NCBI GenBank assembly: GCA_006226375.1
Contig: SBHC01000010.1
Coordinates: forward strand, 112,492 to 176,491
Direction: 5' to 3'
DNA from: Deltaproteobacteria bacterium
GTDB lineage: Bacteria; Myxococcota_C; UBA6777
Length of the DNA stretch: 64,000 nt
The first letter of the stretch is position 1. Each line of letters opens with the position of its first letter. The translations under genes and the position numbers were made by a program. The notes beneath the pieces were generated by a model. That model had not been told where the DNA came from. It did no database searches and saw only the letters and a list, made by a program, of their open reading frames with translations. Below are positions 36,401-45,481 of this stretch, one piece after another.

Positions 36401-38144
36401 AACTGACATCCTGAACTGTGGCAAGTGTGGGACGGCCTGCCCCTCCGGTCAGCGTTGTGTCAACGGTGCCTGCACCTTGTCGTGCCAAGCTGGATTGACC
36501 CAATGCGGTAACACCTGCGTCAACCTTCAGACCAGCCTGGAACACTGTGGAACGTGCAACACCAAATGCGCGTCGGGAGAAACCTGTACGGCGGGCAAGT
36601 GTGTCCTCAGCTGCCAATCCGGATTCACCAACTGTTCCAACACCTGTGTCAGCCTCCAACTGGACCTCAACAACTGTGGAGCCTGTGGCAAAAAGTGTGC
36701 TTCCGGGCAAATTTGTAGCTCAGGTACTTGTACGTTGAGTTGCCAGACCGGTCTTAGCGACTGCTCCAACAAATGTGTGGATCTGAAGAACGACCTCAGC
36801 AACTGTGGTGCCTGTGGCACAGCCTGCAAAGCAGGTGAAGTCTGCTCCAATGGTTCTTGTACCCTGTCCTGCCAGTCGGGCTTGACGAAGTGTGGCAACG
36901 TTTGTGTCAACACCAAAGTTGACTTCAACAACTGTGGCTCCTGTGGCAAGAAGTGCGCGGCAGGTCTGCAATGTGTGAACGGAGCTTGTACTCTTACTTG
37001 TGGAACAGGGCTGCTCGCCTGCAACAACGCTTGTGTCAACCCATCCACTGACCGTCAGAACTGTGGTGGATGCGGAAATGCCTGCAAAAATGGCGAGGTC
37101 TGTGTAAGCGGGGTTTGCTCTGTCTCTTGTCAGAACACTCTCACGGACTGCAACGGCGTCTGTGTGAACCTCCAAACCGACTTCAACAATTGTGGTTCTT
37201 GCGGTAGAACCTGCCCCTCAGGACACATCTGTGTTGGTGGCACTTGCAAGGTGTCTTGTTCTTCAGGTCAAACCGATTGCTCCGGCGTGTGTGTGAATCT
37301 CAGCACCGATAACAACAACTGCGGAGCATGCGGCACCTCTTGTGGAACCAGTCAGGTTTGTACCGGTGGTGCTTGCAAGTTGGTTTGTCCAAGCGGGCAG
37401 AATGTGTGTGGTAGCACTTGCACCAACCTCCAGTTTGACCCCAACAACTGTGGCGCTTGCGGCAAAAAGTGTGCGTCCAACCAATACTGCTCTAGTGGAA
37501 CCTGCCGAGCCACCTGCGCCACCAACCAGACCTTGTGCAGCAACGCCTGCACCAACCTCAACACTGACGTCAACAACTGTGGTGCTTGTGGTCGCAAATG
37601 TTCCTCCGGTCAAGCTTGTTGCAACGGAACCTGCCGCAGCATCCAAACCGACCGCAACAACTGTGGCGCTTGTGGCACAGTTTGCAGCAGCAACCTGACC
37701 TGTTGTGCTGGTGGATGTCGCAACCTACAGACAGACAGCAATCACTGTGGCTCTTGTGGCAACAAGTGCAGCAGCAGCACCTGCAGCAGCGGCTCCTGCA
37801 ACCGGACTTGCGTGGCGGGGCGGGAAGTGTCCTTTGGCGGCAAATGTTACTACCTCGACGGAACGGGTGGAAGCTGTCTCTCTGGATACACCCTGGCTCC
37901 TCAGTCCGTGCTGAGTTCCATCGCCTCTCAGTTCATCGGCAAGACCTACCGAACCCAGCCATCGACGAACTGCTGTATCTGGCACCGTGACCAAGGCTCT
38001 GAACGTCAAGATTGGGGCTTCAGCGGCTCTGATTGCAATCGCTCCTCGGGTAACTTCGCCTCAGCACCCCGACTTGGTGGAGCAGGCTGTACCAACGTGT
38101 TGAATCTGGGAACTCGCCAGCTCACCTTCTGTATGTCCCAATAA
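33498..38144 (+). CDS. giant Stig1-like cysteine-rich tandem-repeat lipoprotein (about 1548 aa, about 35 repeats of about 43 aa)
   Basis: ATG at 33498 with an AAGGAG RBS. Signal peptide with a lipobox (LLLWVGATSVGCGG). Repeat unit SCQTGLTDCSGxCVDxQTDxANCGxCGTxCKxGEVCSxGKCxL with 8 Cys. Distinct C-terminal domain of about 120 aa. Confidence 0.8.
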   Translation: MRYYRVWGIGLLLLLWVGATSVGCGGDVVCGPSVGGGLSDAEKATCICPTVENPNNCDGTCVNIISDNNNCGKCGTKCPEFAECKKGVCELQCPTGQQACSEKCVDTQTDAAHCGECGKTCQTGEICKGGACELSCQTGLSNCSNKCVDTQTDNANCGDCGTSCKTGEACVSGKCELQCPTGQKACGDACVNTDADRANCGDCGTACGVGEVCAKGKCEISCPKELTNCNGGCVNLQTDRSHCSACDTACKDGEVCNAGKCELSCQSGLTNCSDKCVDTQTDIANCGTCGTACKSGEVCSQGKCSLSCQTGLTDCSGNCVNVQTDNANCGTCGTACKSGEVCSQGKCSLSCQTGLTDCSGKCVDTQTDRGHCGACGTVCKAGEVCSAGKCQLSCQSGLTDCSGSCVDTQSSRTNCGACGTVCKAGEVCSSGTCQLSCQSGLTDCSGSCVDVQTDRANCGTCGTACKAGEVCSNGKCALSCQTGLTDCSGKCVDTQTDLANCGACGTVCKAGEVCSSGKCQLSCQAGLTDCSGSCANTQSDRSHCGACGTACAAGEVCSQGKCALSCQTGLSNCAGSCVNAQTDRSHCGTCGTVCKAGEVCSSGACALSCQAGLTPCTNTCVNTQTDLAHCGACGNACKNGEVCTAGACVLSCQAGLTNCGGKCVDTLTDRANCGQCNSSCGSGEVCSAGKCLLSCQTGLTQCGNLCVNVQTDRANCGACGTACKAGEVCGQGKCVLSCQTGLTSCVGKCVDVQSDRANCGACGNACKNGEVCSNGTCTISCPAGQTNCSGSCVDVQSDRANCGKCGTVCAAGQVCSNGTCVISCVAGQTNCAGSCVDVQSDRANCGKCGTVCPSGQVCSSGKCVISCVNGQTNCSGSCVDVQSDRANCGTCGTVCPSGQVCSSGKCVLSCQSGLTDCGGRCVNVQSDLANCGKCGTVCTSGQVCSAGKCVLSCQSGLTNCSGKCADLKTDILNCGKCGTACPSGQRCVNGACTLSCQAGLTQCGNTCVNLQTSLEHCGTCNTKCASGETCTAGKCVLSCQSGFTNCSNTCVSLQLDLNNCGACGKKCASGQICSSGTCTLSCQTGLSDCSNKCVDLKNDLSNCGACGTACKAGEVCSNGSCTLSCQSGLTKCGNVCVNTKVDFNNCGSCGKKCAAGLQCVNGACTLTCGTGLLACNNACVNPSTDRQNCGGCGNACKNGEVCVSGVCSVSCQNTLTDCNGVCVNLQTDFNNCGSCGRTCPSGHICVGGTCKVSCSSGQTDCSGVCVNLSTDNNNCGACGTSCGTSQVCTGGACKLVCPSGQNVCGSTCTNLQFDPNNCGACGKKCASNQYCSSGTCRATCATNQTLCSNACTNLNTDVNNCGACGRKCSSGQACCNGTCRSIQTDRNNCGACGTVCSSNLTCCAGGCRNLQTDSNHCGSCGNKCSSSTCSSGSCNRTCVAGREVSFGGKCYYLDGTGGSCLSGYTLAPQSVLSSIASQFIGKTYRTQPSTNCCIWHRDQGSERQDWGFSGSDCNRSSGNFASAPRLGGAGCTNVLNLGTRQLTFCMSQ
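33640..37800 (+). repeat. approximately 129-nt (43-aa) tandem coding repeat array, about 30-35 copies, inside the Stig1-like gene
   Basis: Identical 32-mers gaagtctgctcccaaggcaagtgctcactctc at 34386 and 34515, exactly 129 nt apart. The NCGxCGTxCKxGEVCSxGKC motif recurs throughout. Confidence 0.85.
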
Positions 38145-38279
38145 ACAATCCTCAGATCAGCTCCGCTCCCTTCCCAGCCGCCTCATATCTCCAGCCATTC
38201 CATACATCAACCACCCTCACATCCAACCCTGAACCCGAGGAGTCATTCTCGGGTTCCACACCGAGGCACAGAACCAACC

Positions 38280-38672
38280 ATGCCACAACATTTGGGACTC
38301 ACCGCTCTGGTTGTTCGTGATTATGACGAAGCCATCGACTTTTACGTGAACACACTGGGGTTTGCGTTGCTCGAAGACAAACCTGTCCCTGAACAGCAAA
38401 AACGCTGGGTTGTCGTCGCACCTCCCGGAGCGAAGGAGTCCCGCTTGCTCCTGGCGAGAGCTGTGGGTGACGAGCAATCATCGAGGATTGGCAACCAGAC
38501 CGGTGGTCGTGTGTTCCTGTTCCTGTACACCGATGATTTCTGGCGGGACTACGAGCTTTACCGCTCCCGAGGAGTCACCTTTGTTCGCGAGCCCAAAACA
38601 GAACCCTACGGAACGGTCGCCGTGTTTCAAGACCTCTATGGGACGCTGTGGGACCTGATTGAACCCTCGTAG
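38280..38672 (+). CDS. VOC/glyoxalase-bleomycin resistance family protein
   Basis: LGLTALVVRDYDEAIDFYVNTLGF... and a C-terminal ...FQDLYGTLWDLIE, the typical paired beta-alpha-beta-beta-beta VOC module. Confidence 0.7.
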   Translation: MPQHLGLTALVVRDYDEAIDFYVNTLGFALLEDKPVPEQQKRWVVVAPPGAKESRLLLARAVGDEQSSRIGNQTGGRVFLFLYTDDFWRDYELYRSRGVTFVREPKTEPYGTVAVFQDLYGTLWDLIEPS

Positions 38673-38704
38673 AGGGCTGTCCTGGTGAAAGCTATACGGT
38701 CCGA

Positions 38705-40111
38705 CTACTCGACAACTTCGGCGTTCGATGAACGATAAAACGGGGAGCGACGGTCCGTCCAGGAGAGGGCGTCTTCGAGCTGTTGCGAGACAGCCAAGAC
38801 AAGATCATCGCGGCCTCGCTGAGCCACAATCTGGACGCCAAAAGGAAGTCCTTCTTTGGACAGGCCGTAAGGAATGTTGGCTGCAGGCTGACCGCTAATG
38901 TTAAAGATAGCAGTAAACACGCCCATCGGAATCACCGAATCAAACGCCTCTTTGCCATCCATACCACGCCAGTAACCGACAGGCGGTGACGTTTCCGAAA
39001 CGGTCGGTGTCAGCCAGATATCAACGTCACCAAACCAATCAAGGACACGTTTCTCCAACACCTCAGCTTGAGCCCAAGCATCCTTCTTGGAATACTTTCG
39101 ACCTTCCTGTCGAAGCCAACGAAGCGGTGGTTGAAGCATCGAGTCCAGCAAGACAGGCAAGTTTGCAGCCTGACGCGACCACGTAGGAAGAAACTCATCG
39201 ATGGATCCCGTCTCCATTTCTGAAGCTTCCACATGATGCCCCAAACCTTCCAAGATTCTAGCCACATGCCGAACAGCGTCCTGCACTTCAGGGGCCACCT
39301 CGCCCATAGGTGCGTTCCAACAAAACCGGATCCGCAACGGCTTGGGAGCTTGTCGGGACTTCGCGAGAAAGGAGTCTTCTGGAGGAGAGGCCGGATCATA
39401 ACGTCGGCGTACCAGAGCGTCCAACAACATGGCCGAGTCTGCGACGTCATGCGCAACCGAGTTAACCGTTGACAGCCCGAAGGGGTCGTAAGCTTTGTAA
39501 AAGTTGGGCATCAAACCTCGTGAAGGTTTGAGTCCATACAGGTGGCAGAAGGCTGCAGGAATTCGGATGGAGCCACCACCATCGGACGCATGTGCAATGG
39601 GCAAAAGCCCAGCCGCAACCGCCGAGGCCGAGCCACCGCTTGAACCACCTGGTGTGTGTCCAGGGTTCCAAGGGTTCCGACAGGGAGGATGGATGTCGGT
39701 TTCGGTGATGGGCATGATGGCAAACTCCGACGTCGCCAACTTTCCAACCAGCACAAAGCCAGCCTCCCGAAACAACCGAGTGACCGCGTTGTCCACCGGC
39801 GACCACAAGAACCGCGCGTAACGCGAACCAAACCGGGTGAAGGAGAAGCGGACAAAGTCGATATCTTTGATCCCAGTAGGAACTCCAGCAAACAGTGGAA
39901 GGTCCTTGGCATCGGCTCGCTTCAGACGCTTGTCCAGCTTGCGAGCCTGGCGCATCGCCGAGCGCTCAAACACCTGGACAAACGCATGCAACGAAGGATT
40001 CACTTCAGCAATCCGTTGCAAACACGCCGCCGTGATTTCTTCGCTGGAGACCTCACGGGCTCGCAGTTGGTGGACAAGTTCAATCGCAGAACGTTGGTAC
40101 CAAAGATCCAT
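38705..40111 (-). CDS. amidase-signature (AS) family amidase
   Basis: GGSSGGSASAVAAGLLPIAHASDGGGSIRIPAAFCHLYGLKPSRG is the AS signature containing the catalytic Ser-cisSer-Lys triad context. Confidence 0.85.
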   Translation of the reverse strand: MDLWYQRSAIELVHQLRAREVSSEEITAACLQRIAEVNPSLHAFVQVFERSAMRQARKLDKRLKRADAKDLPLFAGVPTGIKDIDFVRFSFTRFGSRYARFLWSPVDNAVTRLFREAGFVLVGKLATSEFAIMPITETDIHPPCRNPWNPGHTPGGSSGGSASAVAAGLLPIAHASDGGGSIRIPAAFCHLYGLKPSRGLMPNFYKAYDPFGLSTVNSVAHDVADSAMLLDALVRRRYDPASPPEDSFLAKSRQAPKPLRIRFCWNAPMGEVAPEVQDAVRHVARILEGLGHHVEASEMETGSIDEFLPTWSRQAANLPVLLDSMLQPPLRWLRQEGRKYSKKDAWAQAEVLEKRVLDWFGDVDIWLTPTVSETSPPVGYWRGMDGKEAFDSVIPMGVFTAIFNISGQPAANIPYGLSKEGLPFGVQIVAQRGRDDLVLAVSQQLEDALSWTDRRSPFYRSSNAEVVE

Positions 40112-40153
40112 ACGGCGGCGCTCTTGAGTGTGGGGAGCGGTAGCTCCCTTGAA

Positions 40154-43100
40154 TTAGAAGGGTTGCTGCATCCGATTGCGAAGCCCCATGTAGGACCCGG
40201 CGGAGACGAGAGCAAGAAGCAGCGAGAGCACAAGCACCACGCTGCGATAGGGATTGGTTGGGGGCTTAGGACGTTCCCCCACGCGAAGAATCATACTGTC
40301 CATAGGGAACTGGACGCCATGTTGACGGTATCCTGGAATCTTGTTGATGTTGCGATGACCGTCTGGAAGGACAAGCTCCAAGGGGCCACCTGGATAACGT
40401 TGCAGTTTCTCCAAAGAGCCCATGTAGTTTCGGGAGCGAGGATTGGGTGCAGAGCCTCGGAGGTCTTTGGACCAAATGGGCGTCATCTGACCCTGGTTAA
40501 TACCTTCAGGATCGCGGGTTTCTTTGATACGGTCCAACACCTGACTTTGCTGGTACGGCGCAAACACAAGAACCCGACGGTTCTCCTTGGCCGCAAACAA
40601 CACGTAAACGTCGCGCTGTCCCGACTCGTTGTCCACGACAGGAATCAACACAAACGTAGCGCGGTCGGGGGTTACCGTTGCTGTCACATAGCTGGCAGCA
40701 GGCAGACTGTTCGCTGACACCTGGCTTGTGATCACCCGAGAGGGAAATGTCGTTTTGGGTTCGCTGGAGTTGCCGCCCATACCATACACAATTCCCACCA
40801 ACGACAACACAAACAAGCCAATCACCAACCACATCCCAACGCTGGAGCCAGTGCTGGAAGAGTTGAGGACGTTGTCATCGTAGTCGTCCCACAGAGCAAC
40901 CGGCGTAGGAGTATGACCCGGAACTGGCGCGTCCACAGGACCTTGCAAGTTCGCGCTGTACGACGGCGGTGGCGTCGTAGGGGAAGGCACCGTACGAGCC
41001 GTCATCACAGCTCCACCCATGGCGGCAGGAACCGCAGAAGGGGTGGTGTCAGGCGATGAGGAGACAGGCAATGGAGTCGGGACTGGTCGAGGAGCAACCT
41101 TGGGCGCCGGAGTTGGGACAGACACAGGCTGAGCCTTGGGCTTTGTGGGGCTCGCCGAGGGAGCAATCGACAGCGCAGGTGCCGGATTGGCCAACGTAAT
41201 CTTGTGGTCTGAGTTTTCAGGCTCCGTGATCTTCGGCAGCAAGCGCAATTCAATGCCCTCTTGCACCAAACGATTCGCTATCTCTGGAGGGAACGAGTGG
41301 GCCTCCAACACAATACGACCTTGACAATACGGATAGAGCCGGGCAAAGTCATCGCTCTCGATGAAGGTTTGCAGCGCGCTGATCCGCTCCATCAGGTTCT
41401 TCACTAGGAAAGGATCCGACTCCCAATCCGCCCGCTGCTCCACAAACATTCGAAGCAACCCGTTGTGTGGCCCTTGAATGCGGTCGGCCTTGGCTCGCAG
41501 AATCGGCTGTGGTCTTGTTGCAGGAGAATCAATGGGAGGAGGGAGAACCGGTAGCTCAGAGTCACCGTCGCGCAACGTAGGAATCGCGCCGGAGTCTGTT
41601 CCGGGCAGAACTTTTTGCACCTGAGTGACAGGAGAGATGGCGCTCTCTTCAGCCTGCGACTCTCGGAACAGAGGTTTGCGTCCCGATTCAGCTTGTCCTT
41701 CCTGCTCAAGCACCTGCGACACGGAGAACGACAACGCTTGCGTGGCTTTGTGGTTTTGAACCCGTGTTGGAGCAGGCGTCTCCTCGCTCTGCATGGCTCC
41801 AGGCAGCTCCCTAGAGACGGCAGTGGGGCCTTCCTCAAACTCATCAGCGGGGAGGAGATCAGAGGGCAGAGCTTCGCCCGGAGGGTCCGGAGCAACCGAA
41901 GTGTCCGCCCACTCTAGGGCAGGCATTCCCAGCGTTTCGCCCCCAGAGGCTTTCTTCTCAGCATCCAAAGCAGCGAGCAAGTCGACCGGCATGGATGACA
42001 CTTCAACAGTGTCCTTGGGCAAGCCGTGACTGTCATCCAGCAGAAGCTCGGAGAGGACGACCTCCGGCTCCGCGTTTTCTTCAGCGGCTTTCGGAGCAGG
42101 AGCTGGACTGTTTGAGGAGTCTGGACCATCCTGACCGGAGAGCTGCACACGACTGGAGGCTCCCAAATGCCAGGTGTGATGGTCCATTTGCTCATCGACC
42201 AGGGACCAATCGCCTGTCGGTTCCACAGCAGGCTTTCGCATCAGCGGAATCTGAACGGAGATCTTTTCGGAGCTTAACTTTTCCAGCAAGACCTGGTCGG
42301 ACTCGGACCACGTTTGTGCCACAGCTTCCAACGCCAAGCGAAGTTCTTCGGCGGTCTGGAACCGTTCGTCGGGCTTCTTTGCGAGAGCCTTCAAGACCAC
42401 CCGCTCCAACTCTGGAGAGACCCGCTCAGGCTGCAACGAACGAGGGGAAGGAGGCTCTTTGGTGAGGTGTCCTTCGATGATTCCAACGGCCGATGAGAAG
42501 GCCGACATCTCACCTTGTGGCGGCAAGAATGGAGTGTGACCCACGAGCATCTCGTACAGCATGATACCCATCGCGTAGATGTCGGTGCGTACGTCAGTGG
42601 GCTGATTCAAGCATTGCTCAGGGGCCATGTAGGCCGGTGTACCCAAAGAACCCTGGGTCACATGGGTCACTGCGAGTTCTTCGTTGCTTACAGGCTTGGC
42701 GATCCCAAAGTCGTATACCTTGAGGAAGAAAGGATCGTTCTTGCGCTGCACCAACATTAGGTTGTGAGGCTTCAGATCGCGGTGCACCACGCCGGTTTCG
42801 TGGGCGAACTGCATGGTGTCACAAAGCTGCATGAACAGGTGGAAGCAGAAGGGCAGCGGGGGAAGTTCGGCCAATTCTTCGAGGAGTTGGCTGAGAGTCT
42901 CGCCCTGAAGATGCTCCATCACATAGAAGTGACCAAGCTTGGGGATTTCGCCGAAGTCATCGTAGATTCGGACGATATGTTCGTTGCGTTGTGACAACGC
43001 AGAGGTAATCTGGACTTCACGCCGGAAGCGATGTTCCATTCCCTGAATTTTGAAGATCTCTGGCCGAATGACCTTGATGACCCGTTCGGCGTCTTGATCC

Positions 43101-43297
43101 AGGTGAATGTGAAGGGAAAGATAGACGATGCTGCTTCCACCCCGCCACAATTCCTTGACCAAGCGATACTTGCTGGCAACCAAAGGAAGCGGGAATTGGC
43201 ACTGGGGACAAAAAGCGAGGGCTTCCTGGTCGAGAACTCCCTGAACTCGTTCAAGATCAAACCCACAACTGGGACAAAGTTTTAAATGGGATACCAT
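40154..43297 (-). CDS. Ser/Thr protein kinase with an N-terminal zinc ribbon, long disordered linker, TM helix and a C-terminal extracytoplasmic domain
   Basis: CPSCG...CPQCQ zinc ribbon. Kinase motifs VIKVIRPE, HRDLKPHNLM, DFGIAK and APEQ. TM helix WLVIGLFVLSLVGIVYG, then about 200 aa, then a second C-terminal TM. ATG at 43297. Confidence 0.8.
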   Translation of the reverse strand: MVSHLKLCPSCGFDLERVQGVLDQEALAFCPQCQFPLPLVASKYRLVKELWRGGSSIVYLSLHIHLDQDAERVIKVIRPEIFKIQGMEHRFRREVQITSALSQRNEHIVRIYDDFGEIPKLGHFYVMEHLQGETLSQLLEELAELPPLPFCFHLFMQLCDTMQFAHETGVVHRDLKPHNLMLVQRKNDPFFLKVYDFGIAKPVSNEELAVTHVTQGSLGTPAYMAPEQCLNQPTDVRTDIYAMGIMLYEMLVGHTPFLPPQGEMSAFSSAVGIIEGHLTKEPPSPRSLQPERVSPELERVVLKALAKKPDERFQTAEELRLALEAVAQTWSESDQVLLEKLSSEKISVQIPLMRKPAVEPTGDWSLVDEQMDHHTWHLGASSRVQLSGQDGPDSSNSPAPAPKAAEENAEPEVVLSELLLDDSHGLPKDTVEVSSMPVDLLAALDAEKKASGGETLGMPALEWADTSVAPDPPGEALPSDLLPADEFEEGPTAVSRELPGAMQSEETPAPTRVQNHKATQALSFSVSQVLEQEGQAESGRKPLFRESQAEESAISPVTQVQKVLPGTDSGAIPTLRDGDSELPVLPPPIDSPATRPQPILRAKADRIQGPHNGLLRMFVEQRADWESDPFLVKNLMERISALQTFIESDDFARLYPYCQGRIVLEAHSFPPEIANRLVQEGIELRLLPKITEPENSDHKITLANPAPALSIAPSASPTKPKAQPVSVPTPAPKVAPRPVPTPLPVSSSPDTTPSAVPAAMGGAVMTARTVPSPTTPPPSYSANLQGPVDAPVPGHTPTPVALWDDYDDNVLNSSSTGSSVGMWLVIGLFVLSLVGIVYGMGGNSSEPKTTFPSRVITSQVSANSLPAASYVTATVTPDRATFVLIPVVDNESGQRDVYVLFAAKENRRVLVFAPYQQSQVLDRIKETRDPEGINQGQMTPIWSKDLRGSAPNPRSRNYMGSLEKLQRYPGGPLELVLPDGHRNINKIPGYRQHGVQFPMDSMILRVGERPKPPTNPYRSVVLVLSLLLALVSAGSYMGLRNRMQQPF

Positions 43298-43494
43298 GGA
43301 AACGTCTCTACTTTCACACCCAACAGCGTCAGATTGGCTGTTTGTTGCGAGACCACACGAAGGCAGAATGCACGACAGCAGCGTACTAGGTTTATCACAA
43401 TCGTGTGCCCCCCACAAGAGCAAGCAAGTGGGGAAGAGTCTTAGCCTTCGCTAACCTACATCGTCTCCCGACTCGGCTTGACCACAGAGCCACG

Positions 43495-43785
43495 TCAAGG
43501 TTTCTTGGCCTGTTCTTGTTCCAAGTCCCGAAAAAAGTCGCAGAGAGAGGCGACCGCTTCTTCTGCGTCTTCTCCTTCAGCAGCCACCTGGATGGTGACA
43601 GGGCCAAACAGCCCAAGGCCGAGAAGTTCAAGAACGCTTCTTGCGTCTGCGGAGAAGTCACCGTTGGATACGGTGACTTTAGCCTGGAACGTTGCCATGC
43701 TTTCGGTAATTTGCCGGGCTGGTCGAACATGAAGACCCTGAGCAAGCACGGGCTGGATGGTTTGCTCCGACGTCAGCACACTCAT
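43495..43785 (-). CDS. ptsH: HPr-family phosphocarrier protein (NPr-like by context)
   Basis: GLHVRPA active-site His motif and the Ser46-region GDFSADARSVLELLGLG. AGGAGAG RBS before the ATG at 43785. Confidence 0.8.
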   Translation of the reverse strand: MSVLTSEQTIQPVLAQGLHVRPARQITESMATFQAKVTVSNGDFSADARSVLELLGLGLFGPVTIQVAAEGEDAEEAVASLCDFFRDLEQEQAKKP

Positions 43786-43855
43786 GTCACCTCTCCTGTA
43801 CCAAGGCTCTTGTCCCAGAGTTCGCTCTGGAAACAGGTGTTGGAAGCGCAGTGAT

Positions 43856-44797
43856 TTATCGCAAGGAGCCTGAACCACCCGAAGGTACTTCAAAGCCAGA
43901 GATGGCTGTCAGGGAAGCGTGCGAATGAGAGGACGCGTCCACAACCGCTTGTTCCATGTCACGATGAATCACGCGGCCCATAATACCATGCTCAACCAGA
44001 TAAGCGTGAATTTGCTCCGCCATATACACCGATCGGTGTTGGCCACCTGTACAACCAAAGGCAATGGTCAGGTAGTGACGATCGCTGTTTTGGTAACAAC
44101 GAACCAGAAACAGAAGCGTGGGTTTGAGCTGCTCCAAAAACTTGCCCGTGTCTTCCACTTGCTCCAGGTATTCCTGAACACCAGCGTCCTGACCGCTCTG
44201 TGCACGGAGTTCCTCCACCCAGTAAGGGTTGGGAAGGAAGCGGACGTCGAACAACACATCAATGTCCAAGGGCAAGCCGTTCTTAAACCCAAAGGATGTG
44301 ATGGTGAGCTGGAGTGAGGGGTCCTCTTTTGTGTTGGAAAACAGCTTGCGCAATTGGCGGCGAAGTTCATGGGGAGCGAGGTGCGAGGTGTCTACGATGG
44401 GATCCGCAATTTCACGCAGAGGCGCCAGCATTTCACGTTCCGCCGCGATGCCACCAGACACCGACTCACCTTGTAGCGGGTGAGGTCGACGGCTCTGGGC
44501 GTAACGCCGTTGCAACGTCAGATCATCGCTGTCCAGAAACAGCACCTTGGGAGTGTAGGGACGACTGCTTTGGATTTGCTCCAAAATGTGTCGTCCATGC
44601 TCCGACACTTCCGGCTGACGGATATCCACCACGACAGCGAGCCGCTCCATTCGATCATCGAGTTGATCCAGGAGCTGAGGCAGCAGCACAATGGGCAGAT
44701 TGTCAACGCAGAAGAAGCCTGTGTCTTCGAGGGCTTTTGCTGCCACGCTCTTGCCCGACCCGCTCATTCCAGTGATGACCACCAGTGTCTTTAGCAT
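43856..44797 (-). CDS. rapZ: RNase adapter/nucleotide-binding protein RapZ (YvcJ/YhbJ)
   Basis: MLKTLVVITGMSGSGKS Walker A at the N-terminus and a characteristic C-terminal domain. AAGGAA RBS. Confidence 0.85.
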   Translation of the reverse strand: MLKTLVVITGMSGSGKSVAAKALEDTGFFCVDNLPIVLLPQLLDQLDDRMERLAVVVDIRQPEVSEHGRHILEQIQSSRPYTPKVLFLDSDDLTLQRRYAQSRRPHPLQGESVSGGIAAEREMLAPLREIADPIVDTSHLAPHELRRQLRKLFSNTKEDPSLQLTITSFGFKNGLPLDIDVLFDVRFLPNPYWVEELRAQSGQDAGVQEYLEQVEDTGKFLEQLKPTLLFLVRCYQNSDRHYLTIAFGCTGGQHRSVYMAEQIHAYLVEHGIMGRVIHRDMEQAVVDASSHSHASLTAISGFEVPSGGSGSLR

Positions 44798-44878
44798 CCC
44801 GCTGTTCCTTATCGCCTGCTGTCCAAGGGTGGAGGATCGTTTCGCCCACCATACAAGCAGGCCACGTTTCCAGACAAA

Positions 44879-45346
44879 CTATAGCTTCTGTTCAAACGAA
44901 ACAATGGAGTCATAAATTTCTTGGATGGAGGAGAGTTCCATCAGGTCGGAAAGCAAAGGGGTTCCTTTGAAGAGTCGACAAACCCGCGCGAGGACCCGCA
45001 AGTGAGGACCAATGGAGTGGGTCGGAGACACCAAGGCAACAAACAATCGGGCAGGCCGCTCGTCGTCTCTCGACATAGAGATGCCATCCCGAGCGATCCC
45101 CAAGGCAGCCAAGGTTTGCGTCAAATTGGGCATCCGACAGTGAGGAATGGCAAGGCCCTCCCCCACGCTCGTACTTCCCATCACTTCGCGCTCCAACAGC
45201 CGATGCGCGATCACCGACGCGTCAGGGGCCGCACGAGGATAAGCGAGGTGAATTTGCTCAGCAAGCTCCACCAAGACATCGTCGCGTTTTGAAGATTGGA
45301 GGCTTGGGATAATCGCCTCCGGTCGCAGAATCTCCACAATGTTCAT
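44879..45346 (-). CDS. ptsN: PTS IIA-Ntr (nitrogen regulatory IIA)
   Basis: EIIA fructose/Ntr fold with GEGLAIPHCR carrying the phosphorylatable His. Position between rpoN and rapZ. Confidence 0.8.
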   Translation of the reverse strand: MNIVEILRPEAIIPSLQSSKRDDVLVELAEQIHLAYPRAAPDASVIAHRLLEREVMGSTSVGEGLAIPHCRMPNLTQTLAALGIARDGISMSRDDERPARLFVALVSPTHSIGPHLRVLARVCRLFKGTPLLSDLMELSSIQEIYDSIVSFEQKL

Positions 45347-45481
45347 ACAAGCGTTCGTTTCTTTGGGTTTTGTGAGAGGGGGTCAACAAGGCGGCTCAAA
45401 CAGGTTTCAGATACACGCCTTGCCTCAGCCATGCAAGGGGAAACCTTGAGACAACAACGCAACTGCAGCACAAAGGCACTG

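Noticed and set aside
33612-36710. Several long minus-strand ORFs (33612-34400, 34539-36110, 36126-36710, etc.) inside the Stig1 repeat gene
   Set aside because: They are antisense shadows of the Cys-codon-rich repeat and would encode Gly/Ala/Thr/Val-rich sequence with no starts or RBS. The plus frame is continuous for 4.6 kb with a signal peptide and RBS.
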